Of a DNA stretch of 64,000 bases, positions 22,288 through 30,819 are shown in pieces. Under the pieces are notes generated by a model that made no database searches, had not been told where the DNA came from, and saw only the letters and a list, made by a program, of their open reading frames with translations. The position numbers and the translations under genes are program-made. Source of the stretch: a virus (taxonomy: Duplodnaviria; Caudoviricetes); IMG/VR virus record IMGVR_UViG_3300031555_004294, positions 1 through 64,000 of that record; one strand, written 5' to 3'. Within the stretch, counting starts at the first letter, position 1; every line of letters begins with the position of its first letter.

Positions 22288-22548
22288 TTAAATTTCACCG
22301 CCATCAATGACATCTATTGACACATTTAAATCAACAATATCACTAACGCTATGCTTATGCTCACAGTCAGCTTTTTGCTCAATTACAGCGGCTACTACTT
22401 TAGTTGCTACAGGAAGTTCATACACTTCTGGAACTACTTCTTCAACATCAGTAACAATTTCATTCTTCTTTAAAAATAATTCATCCAGAGCAGTTTCCAC
22501 ACTCTGAATGTCAATTTGTTTTGCATGTATTTTATGATTGCCAGGCAT
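22288..22548 (-). CDS. Small hypothetical protein, first gene of the fibre operon
   Basis: AAAGGAG RBS; H.H..SDI.DL and terminal IDGG motifs seen in fibre proteins. Confidence 0.6.
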   Translation of the reverse strand: MPGNHKIHAKQIDIQSVETALDELFLKKNEIVTDVEEVVPEVYELPVATKVVAAVIEQKADCEHKHSVSDIVDLNVSIDVIDGGEI

Positions 22549-22605
22549 ATAAGTCTCCTTTCTGTCGTATTTTTTCCAAATTATAAAGGTGTAATATCAC
22601 TGCTT

Positions 22606-22617
22606 TAATAGTATGTT
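22606..22617 (-). promoter_or_regulatory. Putative late promoter AACA-N6-TA for the fibre operon
   Basis: Minus strand AACATACTATTA upstream of 22548. Confidence 0.65.
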
Positions 22618-22684
22618 CGTTTCCAAAAAAAAGAAAATGAAAGATTAGCTATATCATAAAACTAGCTAATCTTTCATTAAAAGT

Positions 22685-23050
22685 TTACAAATTTGCTAAA
22701 TATCTATCAAGTTCTACAGTTATGTAGTCTTCTAGATAAGCAGCTAAGATAGTGTTACCTTCTTGGAAGTAAATTAAGTTGCCTTTCTTACCTAAAGTCT
22801 TGGCATCTTGGAAGTTAAGTTGATCCTTTAGAGACTTTACATTCTTACTTTCAGTGTTAAGGTAATTGATAATGGAATCTTCCGTTAAAGGAATGAAATA
22901 TGACTCAGAAACAGGCATATAAGAAGTAGATTCTTGTAAGACGGAAGTCATATAAGCAGGACGGTGTGAAGGATGAATTACCCAGTCATAGGTCAGAATA
23001 TGGAGTGGATCCTTGATATAGGTAATATCGCCTTTTTTCTCTGAAACTGG
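22685..23050 (-). CDS. Prohead protease (T4 gp21-like), exon 3
   Basis: PVSEKKGDITYIKDPLHILTYDWVIHPSH continues in frame into ORF 22685..22951; D.V..PS motif. Confidence 0.85.
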   Translation of the reverse strand, partial: PVSEKKGDITYIKDPLHILTYDWVIHPSHRPAYMTSVLQESTSYMPVSESYFIPLTEDSIINYLNTESKNVKSLKDQLNFQDAKTLGKKGNLIYFQEGNTILAAYLEDYITVELDRYLANL

Positions 23051-24335
23051 CAGGTTATTTTGTATAGTACGTGAAGCTATACATTCTTTACATATCTGTA
23101 AAGTTTAGACTATATCTTTACCATTTTAATGAATGGTATTCTTTATAGACGTAATACTTAATACGCCAATAGTCGTTGGACCTAGCTATACTAGGATGCT
23201 GATTGTCTTTTGAGTTTCCAGCAATTAAAAGAATTTATATTATGGATTCAGCACAGTTATTAAAAAAGTCATCTAATAATTTTTCAATATCAGACATCTC
23301 TTTATATGAGATGCGGATAAAATTCATATTATTTTCAATTGCCCATTCATCTTTAATTCTATCATGCTTTTGAGTTTTTTCAAGATTTTTTATTTTATTT
23401 TCTTTAGTTGAACCATATGATGGTTCAAAATGTTGTTTTCCATCAAACTCAATAAGCATATCATAGGATTCTATATAAAAATCAAATGGCAATGGTAAAA
23501 TATCTCTACAATCTTTAAAACAAACTTCTTTTTGATATTCGATATTTCGAGTTTCTAAATACTTTGTTATCATTCTACTTCCTAATGATTCACCTAATAT
23601 TTCATTGCATCTTGGACACCTAGCATTATGATTTATAAATTCATTTGGACTACAATCGTATTCATGATTGTTACAAATATCTGAAAAATGTTTCATTTTT
23701 ATTGGAATCTTACAGTCAATATATTCATCAGCTATGACTGTATATTCTTTATCCGTTAGGTCTTCAACCTGCTTTTTATATTCTTCAAGAGTAGGTTTTA
23801 TAGTTCCATAACAATATTTACAGCCTTTAGATATTTTATCGTGAATCATATCATTAGCTTTTGGATACCATACTTCCCCACATTTTTTACAAAGGACAGC
23901 TATATTAGTATGTACCTTACTAAAAGGTCCTACGATTTCATAGACATCTATAGACCAACGTGAATAAAATCGTTCTTCATATTCTTGTTGTGTCATAGGT
24001 TTATTACCTCTATGAGATACCTTACGTTTTTTATAAAAAAATGCAGGATCTCCACATGTCCCTTTATCATCTAAGTAACGTGGTTTAGTATTCCAAATAT
24101 GTCCATCTTTATGTCTTAATGCAATATCTCCTCTAGCACCTTCAGGTGGATATGGAGTTATAAGCGTATAATCAGGATAATGTTTTTTAATTCTATCTTT
24201 TAGAATCTCTTCTCGTTGTTTTAAAGTTTTAGTAGCACCCATGTAATCAACTCCTTTTAATAAAATTAATAATTTGTTGCATGAGTGGTTTTTCTTTTTT
24301 GTAAATTATTAGACTTAGCTTAAAATTTCGGGTTT
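23051..24335 (-). mobile_element. Group I intron (IA-like) carrying a homing endonuclease, second intron of the prohead protease
   Basis: P AAUUGCUGGAA (23216-26), Q AAUCAGCA (23197-204), R GUCCAACGACUA (23170-81), S AAGAUAUAGUC (23108-18); exon ends in U, intron ends in G; removal restores SMRGFG|PVS. Confidence 0.9.
23235..24242 (-). CDS. Intron-encoded homing endonuclease, CxxC repeats plus EDxHD/Vsr-like nuclease domain
   Basis: LPFDFYI...IEFDGKQH...HD.IK....IRI; CKKC, CKYC and CPRC; own AAGGAG RBS. Confidence 0.8.
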   Translation of the reverse strand: MGATKTLKQREEILKDRIKKHYPDYTLITPYPPEGARGDIALRHKDGHIWNTKPRYLDDKGTCGDPAFFYKKRKVSHRGNKPMTQQEYEERFYSRWSIDVYEIVGPFSKVHTNIAVLCKKCGEVWYPKANDMIHDKISKGCKYCYGTIKPTLEEYKKQVEDLTDKEYTVIADEYIDCKIPIKMKHFSDICNNHEYDCSPNEFINHNARCPRCNEILGESLGSRMITKYLETRNIEYQKEVCFKDCRDILPLPFDFYIESYDMLIEFDGKQHFEPSYGSTKENKIKNLEKTQKHDRIKDEWAIENNMNFIRISYKEMSDIEKLLDDFFNNCAESII

Positions 24336-24530
24336 ACCGAATCCTCTCATTGAGAAAGCCACTTGCATTCCTTGTCTGATTAAGCCTTGCATGTCTCGAC
24401 CTCTTTCAGTTAGACATGTTTCTACTCGTCCTTTAAGTAAGTTTCTTTCCCACCAAACATCAGTAATTAAGTGAGATAGATTTGATTGATCAATGTATAG
24501 CTGTCTCTCTACAGTTGGGGATAATGGATG
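24336..24530 (-). CDS. Prohead protease, exon 2
   Basis: HPLSP...SHLI...GRVET...GR...FSMRGFG contains the gp21-type His and Ser motifs. Confidence 0.9.
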
Positions 24531-24771
24531 CAAAATATTCATACAAGTTCATTACACTTGCACAGATTATCATCTCTAGTTTAGACACTAGAGTTTAGAC
24601 TATATCTTCATCTGTTTACCAGATGTTTCTCATTTAGAACCAATTTTAGTTCTCTATAGTCGTTGAACCTTAATTTAAATTAAGGATGCTGATTACCTTA
24701 TATTAAGTACTTCCAGCAATTAAAGAAATAAGTAGTTTGCATATCACTATGCAAATCGGCAATCCTTATTT
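24531..24771 (-). ncRNA. ORF-less group I intron (241 nt), first intron of the prohead protease
   Basis: P (24711-21), Q (24687-94), R GUUCAACGACUA (24657-68), S AAGAUAUAGUC (24598-608); removal gives GEAG|HP. Confidence 0.9.
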
Positions 24772-25005
24772 ACCAGCCTCTCCCAACCATGATTTAGTTC
24801 TCAAACGTTCTTGAACATATTCAGATCTAAGAGCATTTTTAATTACATCAGCAGGATAGATACGTTTATTTCTATTTTGTATATCACCCTCTTGAAGAAC
24901 AGTTTCTATGACAGTAGGCTGACCAGATTTATCACTGATAATCTTAGGTGTACTAATCATAGCGTCTTCAGAAATGATATAACCCTTAATTTTTTCATCT
25001 CTCAA
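24772..25005 (-). CDS. Prohead protease, exon 1 (spliced product ~264 aa)
   Basis: LQEGDIQNRNKRIYP...WLGEAG matches the gp21 NRN.R.YP and GE..HP motifs; TTG start with AAGGAG. Confidence 0.9.
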
Positions 25006-25039
25006 GTTAAATAACAGCTCCTTTCTGTATTAGATTATT

Positions 25040-25051
25040 TAATGTAATGTT
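25040..25051 (-). promoter_or_regulatory. Putative late promoter for the protease
   Basis: AACATTACATTA on minus; identical 12-mer on plus at 25447. Confidence 0.65.
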
Positions 25052-25139
25052 GACTTTTATAATTTAAGCTATGATATACGATTACATTCCAAAAAAAAAA
25101 ACTTCCTTTTTAAGTAAAGGAAGTTTTTAGTAAAGTTTC

Positions 25140-25355
25140 TTACTCTTTTCTTGCTTCTACTATATCAATCGCTAACAAAGTTAAAACAAACTCTAAAGCA
25201 TTGTTATATCCTTGCTCAAAAGAAATTGATACATCAGAAATTCCATCATCTGTGATTCCATTTTCATCTATAATATTCTCTAGTTCACGTAGTTCTTCTC
25301 TATTGCTTCTGTAAGCACCTTTTATCTTTCGGATTGCATCATCAGAAATTGTCAT
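25140..25355 (-). CDS. Hypothetical protein
   Basis: 71 aa, RBS AAAGGTAGGA, TATATAT motif upstream. Confidence 0.6.
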   Translation of the reverse strand: MTISDDAIRKIKGAYRSNREELRELENIIDENGITDDGISDVSISFEQGYNNALEFVLTLLAIDIVEARKE

Positions 25356-25446
25356 AAAATTTAAATCCTACCTTTCTTGTTTTTATTTGATTACAAGATG
25401 AGAATATATATTTGAAACAGGCTTTATAATTTTTCAATAAAATTCC

Positions 25447-25458
25447 AACATTACATTA
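25447..25458 (+). promoter_or_regulatory. Putative late promoter for the head operon
   Basis: AACATTACATTA upstream of 25522. Confidence 0.65.
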
Positions 25459-25521
25459 AAGTATGACAAAAATTAATGTTTAACTTTAATCCTAGAATAT
25501 ACAGAAAGGAGATAATATTTC

Positions 25522-26127
25522 ATGATTGACGAAAAGAATATTTTGCAAGAAATAGAAAATGAAAGTAATGTATTATTAGAAGAACTAAATCTATTATCTG
25601 AAGAAAAGAATGAAAACAAACCAATTGAAAGCATTCAAGATGATAATAAGAAAGACGTACTAAAGAAGAAAATAGTCAATAAAGGCAATGAGATTCTTAA
25701 GCACATGCAAAAAAGAGTTAGTGATGAAGAATATATCGTTAACGGCTACGGTTATCATAGCAAAACATTATATAAAATGTCGACAAAATTCCCATTCTTA
25801 GGTAAAACAATTGGTATGCCGCTAATGGCAATTACTAGAACTGTTACAAATAATGCCATCAGTAGAAAAATGGAACAAGAAAAAGCTCTAAAAGTATATA
25901 CTACACTTAAAGGCGATAAAGCAGCTGTTGATGCTCAGATTGCTATTTTAGAAAAGTTACAAAAACCTAAAAAAGAACAAAAAGAGCAACTAATTCTTTT
26001 AAAGAAGATGTCAGCTGAACTGGAATTTAATTTAAAGCGTGTAGAATATAATTTTAAGATGTCCCATATAGAAGCAGCTCGATCTAAGAATTCCTTTAGT
26101 TCAGGAAGAAAGATTTACAAAATGTAA
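25522..26127 (+). CDS. Hypothetical protein, probably head-associated
   Basis: Strong RBS; acidic N-terminus with L-x-E sites; lies upstream of MCP. Confidence 0.6.
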   Translation: MIDEKNILQEIENESNVLLEELNLLSEEKNENKPIESIQDDNKKDVLKKKIVNKGNEILKHMQKRVSDEEYIVNGYGYHSKTLYKMSTKFPFLGKTIGMPLMAITRTVTNNAISRKMEQEKALKVYTTLKGDKAAVDAQIAILEKLQKPKKEQKEQLILLKKMSAELEFNLKRVEYNFKMSHIEAARSKNSFSSGRKIYKM

Positions 26128-26151
26128 TTATCTATAAAAGGGAGTAAAGAA

Positions 26152-26745
26152 ATGGAAAGAGATTTTAAAATTTTAAGTGAAGAATACTTATTATCCCTTT
26201 TAAATGAAGCACCTGGTAACGTACAACAAACTAACCAAACTCAAACAACATTCTCAAATGAACCTAATACTACATACGAACCACAAGAACAAGATGCAAG
26301 TATGGGGATTGAGAATGATATGGGTGAGGGAAGTTTTGACCCAGGTATGGAAGAAATGGATATGGGCAGTGGAAATAATATGTCTGGTGATATGACAATG
26401 GGTGGAGATCCATCTATGGGTCTTGGTAGTCCTTCAGTAAATGTCAAGGATATCTTTAAGAAAAGAAAGCTATTTAATGACTACAAAGCATTACTAGAAG
26501 TAATTGAAGAATTATTAGGAACAACAAATAAAATATTATCCAGAGATCTTTCAGATGATGCCCAAAAAATATACATGTTTGTAAACCAAAAAATGGAAGA
26601 AAACAAACAGAAGGTATTAATTATTTTAACTGAGCAGTACCTAATTTTGCCTTATAAGCAGCTTTTAACGCTTTATATGTACATCAAAATAGCCACAAAG
26701 TCATATGCGGATATAGTAAAACAAATTAGTGTCATGTATCAATAA
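26152..26745 (+). CDS. Hypothetical protein, possible prohead core/scaffold
   Basis: LLNE-A site, acidic Met/Gly-rich linker, helical C-terminus; adjacent to MCP. Confidence 0.55.
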   Translation: MERDFKILSEEYLLSLLNEAPGNVQQTNQTQTTFSNEPNTTYEPQEQDASMGIENDMGEGSFDPGMEEMDMGSGNNMSGDMTMGGDPSMGLGSPSVNVKDIFKKRKLFNDYKALLEVIEELLGTTNKILSRDLSDDAQKIYMFVNQKMEENKQKVLIILTEQYLILPYKQLLTLYMYIKIATKSYADIVKQISVMYQ

Positions 26746-26912
26746 CTAAAACGAAATTTTTTCTAAACAAAAAAGTAAACAAATAAATAGTCTACTAAAT
26801 TATGTATTTGCAGTGGTAATAGTAAAACTAACTATGACACTACAAATTATAGAAAAGATTTTAATATACTACATCATATTAAATCAAACAAAAATTAAAT
26901 TTTTTCTAAATG

Positions 26913-26979
26913 AAAGGAGGAAATCATACACTGGATTTGATCTCTTTCGATCAAATTACGTATGATATTTAAACTTATG
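26913..26979 (+). promoter_or_regulatory. Hairpin-bridged ribosome-binding site of the major capsid gene
   Basis: AAAGGAGG (26913-20), stem-loop 26921-26969, ATG 26977 seven nt after the stem. Confidence 0.65.
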
Positions 26980-28643
26980 TCTATTGAATATCGTCAAACA
27001 GCTCGTTCTAGAATGAACGATGGTTTCTCTGATGTATTAAGAGAAGCAGCTGAGTTCTTTGCTAACAAAGGCATTCAGATGACTTCCCATCAGGGTATGG
27101 AAGAAATTCTATCTGAGCAGACTCTCTTCAATGAGTATAAAGATCACTTACTTGAAGGTATGGAGCCTGACCAGGTTGAAAACTTCAATCAACTTATGGA
27201 CAACGCTCGTACCAGCATGCTTCAGGAAGCATCTGTATCTGGCGTTCAGCAAATCGCTGGCTTATCTATGCCTACCATTCGTAAGATGTGGGCAAAGGTA
27301 GCTCTAAAGCATGCTATTCCTACTCAGGTTGTTGCAACTCCTCGTTTTGCTATTTCTTACACCAAGGCATACTTAATGGATGCTGAAGGCAACAAGAAAG
27401 AGCTTCCCGATGCTATCAATAATCTAAACAACAGAGAAGCTCAGCTTCCTAGATTCGTTAACCCTGCTGATGGTCTTGTACTTCCTATGATTGACTTCGA
27501 CCTCTATGCTAATGGTTTCCCACAGGTTCCTGCTCTAAAAGGCACTGACACCATTGACAAGGTCTTCTATGTTGAGACTGTTAAGGTTAACAAGGCTGCA
27601 GTTCAGGCTGCTGCTCAAGCTGCTGAACAGGCTGCTGCTGGTAGCATGAATGGCTATGCAGGTGGTGACATTGATGAGATGACCATTCGTGTTCACATCA
27701 AGACCGACCTGAATGCTCTTATTTCTGCTCGTGTTGCTATTCCCGTTCAGTTAACTGATCCTACTACTGGTGTAGTTACTAAGTACGGTGAAGTTTACGA
27801 GACTCTACTTGGTCGTGTTGACTATGCAGATGGTAAGTTCACTTTAATGTCTTCTGGCAACATGATTACTCATGCATTTATTGATGCTCGTCTCTCTCAA
27901 GAAGCAAATGACTACGGTCAGTCTGTAAGCTTCGACGTTCTTACTAAGGACGTTACCATCGGTGTTGGCAGCCACCTGAATGCTCCTCTGCCTATTGAGT
28001 GGCTTCAGGATACTATGGCTATCTACAATATCGATGGCGCAGCTGAAGTTGTTGACTTAATGTCTCAGACCGTTGCTCAGCAGCTTGAAATTGAGATTTA
28101 CAACTTCCTTAACAACTCTATCGAAGTAAATAACATTCAGTACTTAGGTGAGTTCAATATGATTCCTTCCGCTGGTTACAATGGTACTCCTAAGAGCTGG
28201 CGTGAAGAGCTGAAGACTGTCATTGACTACTATGCAATCAAGATGAAGTCTGATGCTAAGTTCCACGGTGGTAAGTTCATGATCATTGGTAACCCCATTG
28301 ACATGCAGATCATTCCTAACGTTGACTGGGTATTCAACCACACTTCTGACCAGATGTCTGGTGTTGATGTATCCTTCAACCTTGGTGCTTTCTCTGGTGC
28401 TAACAAGTATGAGATGGTTTCTAGTGACCTAGTTCCTGCAGGTGCGTTCATTATGTTCTTCGTACCTGGAATTGATCGTCTCATGACCTACAAGTACTAT
28501 CCTTACACCTTTAACGTAGAAAGAGGTTACCGTGATCCTAATATGCCTAACGTTCCTAGTCTTATGATGACTAAGCGTCATGCACTTGAGGAGTTCACTC
28601 CCCTTATCTGCCGTATTACTATCAAGAATAATATCGGTGCCGT
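26977..28643 (+). CDS. Major capsid protein (T4 gp23-like), exon 1
   Basis: MLQE-AS putative cleavage site; E..QD..A...ID...E...LMS pattern; YKYYPY....P...P..MMTKRHA C-terminal motif; strongly biased codon usage. Confidence 0.85.
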
Positions 28644-28868
28644 TAACAAATATAGCGGTTTTATGCAGAAATGCATATCAAATCTAAAAGAATTGCTGGA
28701 AAAGCTATTGCCAATCAGCATCCTTAGAAATAAGGTTCAACGATTAAGTGTCGCATAAGTTTGCGATCTGTATTTAGAATCCAAAAGCGAGAAATGGATT
28801 ATGATATAATCTCTACTTCTATGAAAATAGAAGACTGACATCTAACAAATGTCAAACTAAGATATTAG
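28644..28868 (+). ncRNA. ORF-less group I intron at the 3' end of the capsid gene (3' splice site at G28861 or G28868)
   Basis: P AAUUGCUGGAA (28691), Q AAUCAGCA (28713), R GUUCAACGAUUA (28735), S AUGAUAUAAUC (28801) with a compensatory P7 pair; P1 GCCGU/GCGGU with U.G. Confidence 0.85.
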
Positions 28869-28890
28869 ACCTCAGACTCCTGGATATTAA
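28869..28890 (+). CDS. Major capsid protein, micro-exon 2 (V-PQTPGY-stop if spliced at G28868)
   Basis: GT|A CCT CAG ACT CCT GGA TAT TAA is in frame and followed by a terminator; the alternative splice gives VY-TAG. Confidence 0.5.
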
Positions 28891-28927
28891 TCTAGGAATT
28901 CTTAATAGAGTATAGCTAGATATATTG

Positions 28928-28962
28928 ATCCCCTATTCCTTAAATGGAATAGGGGATTTTTA
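28928..28962 (+). terminator. Intrinsic terminator after the capsid gene
   Basis: ATCCCCTATTCC-TTAAAT-GGAATAGGGGAT followed by a T-tract. Confidence 0.8.
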
Positions 28963-29036
28963 TTTGTTAAAAGAGAACAAAAATATATATTATACACCTG
29001 GTTATAAAAATAAGAAATATAAGAAAGGAAAATAAT

Positions 29037-30032
29037 ATGAGTAATAAAAATGCAAAGGGTTATGTTCCTCCTATGACAGATAAAGAATTTAGAGATTTAG
29101 TTTATAGTTTAGTGGGAGATGAGTATACGGTTTTAGGAAAATATGTGAAAACTGATGTAAAAATTAAAATGAGGCATAACACATGTGGACATCAATATGA
29201 AGTTACACCAAATAAATTTCAACAAGGAAGAAGATGTCCAAAATGTTATGGAAATAAAGAAAGAACTTTAGAAAGTTTTAGAGAAGAAATCAAAAACCTA
29301 CCAGATGGAGATGAATACGAATTACTAAGTGTTGAGTGTAAAGATAACAAAACACCAATGGAATTTTTCCATAAAATATGTGGTGAAAAATTTAAAAAAC
29401 CAACTGTTGGATTCTTAACAAATCCAAAGAATAAAGCAAATACTAGATGTCCTATATGTTCTAGACAATACCAAGTAATTAATCATCCAAATAGGTTATC
29501 TTATGAAGATGTTAAGAAAATTGTTGAAACTAAACATTCTGGTGAATATAAACTTCTTTCAGACAATTATAAAAACACTAAGAGTTTGATAAAAATCTTA
29601 CATATTGGTGGTTGTGGTAGAGACTTCGATACCGATATAGACCATTTCAAAAGAAAAGACTATAAATGTCCAAGATGTAATGAATCTGTAGGTGAGCAAA
29701 GAGTAAGAAAAGTCTTAGAAAGTAGAAATATAGAATTTATACAGCAATACAGATTTAAAGACTGTAGAGATAAAAATCCTTTACCATTTGATTTTTATAT
29801 TCCAGCTTATGATCTTTGTATAGAGTTTGATGGTATACAACATTACGAAAAAGCTAATTTTGGTTCTTATGCAGCTGACTTAGATACAATTCAATTACAT
29901 GATGAAATCAAAACTAACTATTGTTTAGATAACAATATTGGTCTCATACGAATTAGTTACAAAGACTTTGATAATTTAGAAAAAGTTTTAAAGAAAGATC
30001 TAAATGAATATCTTAAGGAGTTAGATATATGA
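29037..30032 (+). CDS. Free-standing homing endonuclease, CxxC repeats plus EDxHD/Vsr-like domain
   Basis: CPRCNES.GE...FKDCRD..PLPFDFYI...IEFDG.QH...HD.IK; clearly paralogous to 23235..24242. Confidence 0.8.
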   Translation: MSNKNAKGYVPPMTDKEFRDLVYSLVGDEYTVLGKYVKTDVKIKMRHNTCGHQYEVTPNKFQQGRRCPKCYGNKERTLESFREEIKNLPDGDEYELLSVECKDNKTPMEFFHKICGEKFKKPTVGFLTNPKNKANTRCPICSRQYQVINHPNRLSYEDVKKIVETKHSGEYKLLSDNYKNTKSLIKILHIGGCGRDFDTDIDHFKRKDYKCPRCNESVGEQRVRKVLESRNIEFIQQYRFKDCRDKNPLPFDFYIPAYDLCIEFDGIQHYEKANFGSYAADLDTIQLHDEIKTNYCLDNNIGLIRISYKDFDNLEKVLKKDLNEYLKELDI

Positions 30033-30262
30033 CCTCACCCTACCCTTTCATCAATAATACCACTATCAACTCCCACAAACTCTTCCCAATATGTCCTATC
30101 TGTAATAAAGAACTCATCATACAAGTCTCACTTACTAATAACGATGGTAATACAGCTAGTTTATGTAGTTGTACTAACTGTTCATCAGGTCATGATGAGG
30201 ATTGGGAAATTATTTGGAATGATACTGAAGTTATTAGTGTCGAGAAGTACTATTTTGGATAA
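30029..30262 (+). CDS. Small Cys-rich (zinc-ribbon-like) protein
   Basis: CPIC and CSCTNC; AAGGAG RBS; ATGA overlap with the upstream gene. Confidence 0.55.
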   Translation: MTSPYPFINNTTINSHKLFPICPICNKELIIQVSLTNNDGNTASLCSCTNCSSGHDEDWEIIWNDTEVISVEKYYFG

Positions 30263-30326
30263 AAATTCGATAAAGTATTAAAAATGTATGAAAAACAATA
30301 AAATAAAAAGATAAGGAGTAAGTATT

Positions 30327-30653
30327 ATGGGATGGTTAGACGCAAAAACATTTTATAAAAGTGGTGATAAGCCTAGATTTAAAGTAGGCGATAAGGTATT
30401 TAAGATAGTTGAAATCCGCCCCAATATATTAAAACGAACTTTAAGATTCTGTGTTGAGTATACTGTTGAGGAAGTATCTAGTAAGAAGAGCGGTTTATTT
30501 TTTAAAGAATTTACTTATGTAATTAAAGAAGTTGGAACTGATAAATTATATGATGGTATATATGAATCAGAATTATTTACAGAGTTTAAACATATTGATA
30601 ATCCTAATACTGATGATCCTGACTGGTGGCTGGATTATTTTAATTTTGAATGA
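30327..30653 (+). CDS. Hypothetical protein (SH3/KOW-like FKVGDKV motif)
   Basis: TAAGGAG RBS; 108 aa. Confidence 0.6.
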   Translation: MGWLDAKTFYKSGDKPRFKVGDKVFKIVEIRPNILKRTLRFCVEYTVEEVSSKKSGLFFKEFTYVIKEVGTDKLYDGIYESELFTEFKHIDNPNTDDPDWWLDYFNFE

Positions 30654-30738
30654 TAAACATAACTTATGGGATGGACTAGATCTAAGCCGTACTATAAGAG
30701 CAGCAAACTATTTTGGATTAGAATGTATAGAAAATTAT

Positions 30739-30773
30739 AGAAGATTACCTAAATGAATTAGGTAATCTTCTTT
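30739..30773 (+). terminator. Terminator of the GATTACC/GGTAATC family
   Basis: AGAAGATTACCTA..TAGGTAATCTTCT; near-identical copy at 36497. Confidence 0.7.
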
Positions 30774-30819
30774 CAAAAAAAAAAAAGAAACTCTTGGTAA
30801 TAAGAGTTTCTTTTTTTTA

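Noticed and set aside
22685-25005. Protease fragments as a pseudogene or as evidence of stop-codon recoding
   Set aside because: Fully explained by two group I introns with intact cores and in-frame junctions
28644-28758. Last ~38 codons of the 598-aa ORF as the normal capsid C-terminus
   Set aside because: They overlap intron P, Q and R elements and codon usage changes abruptly
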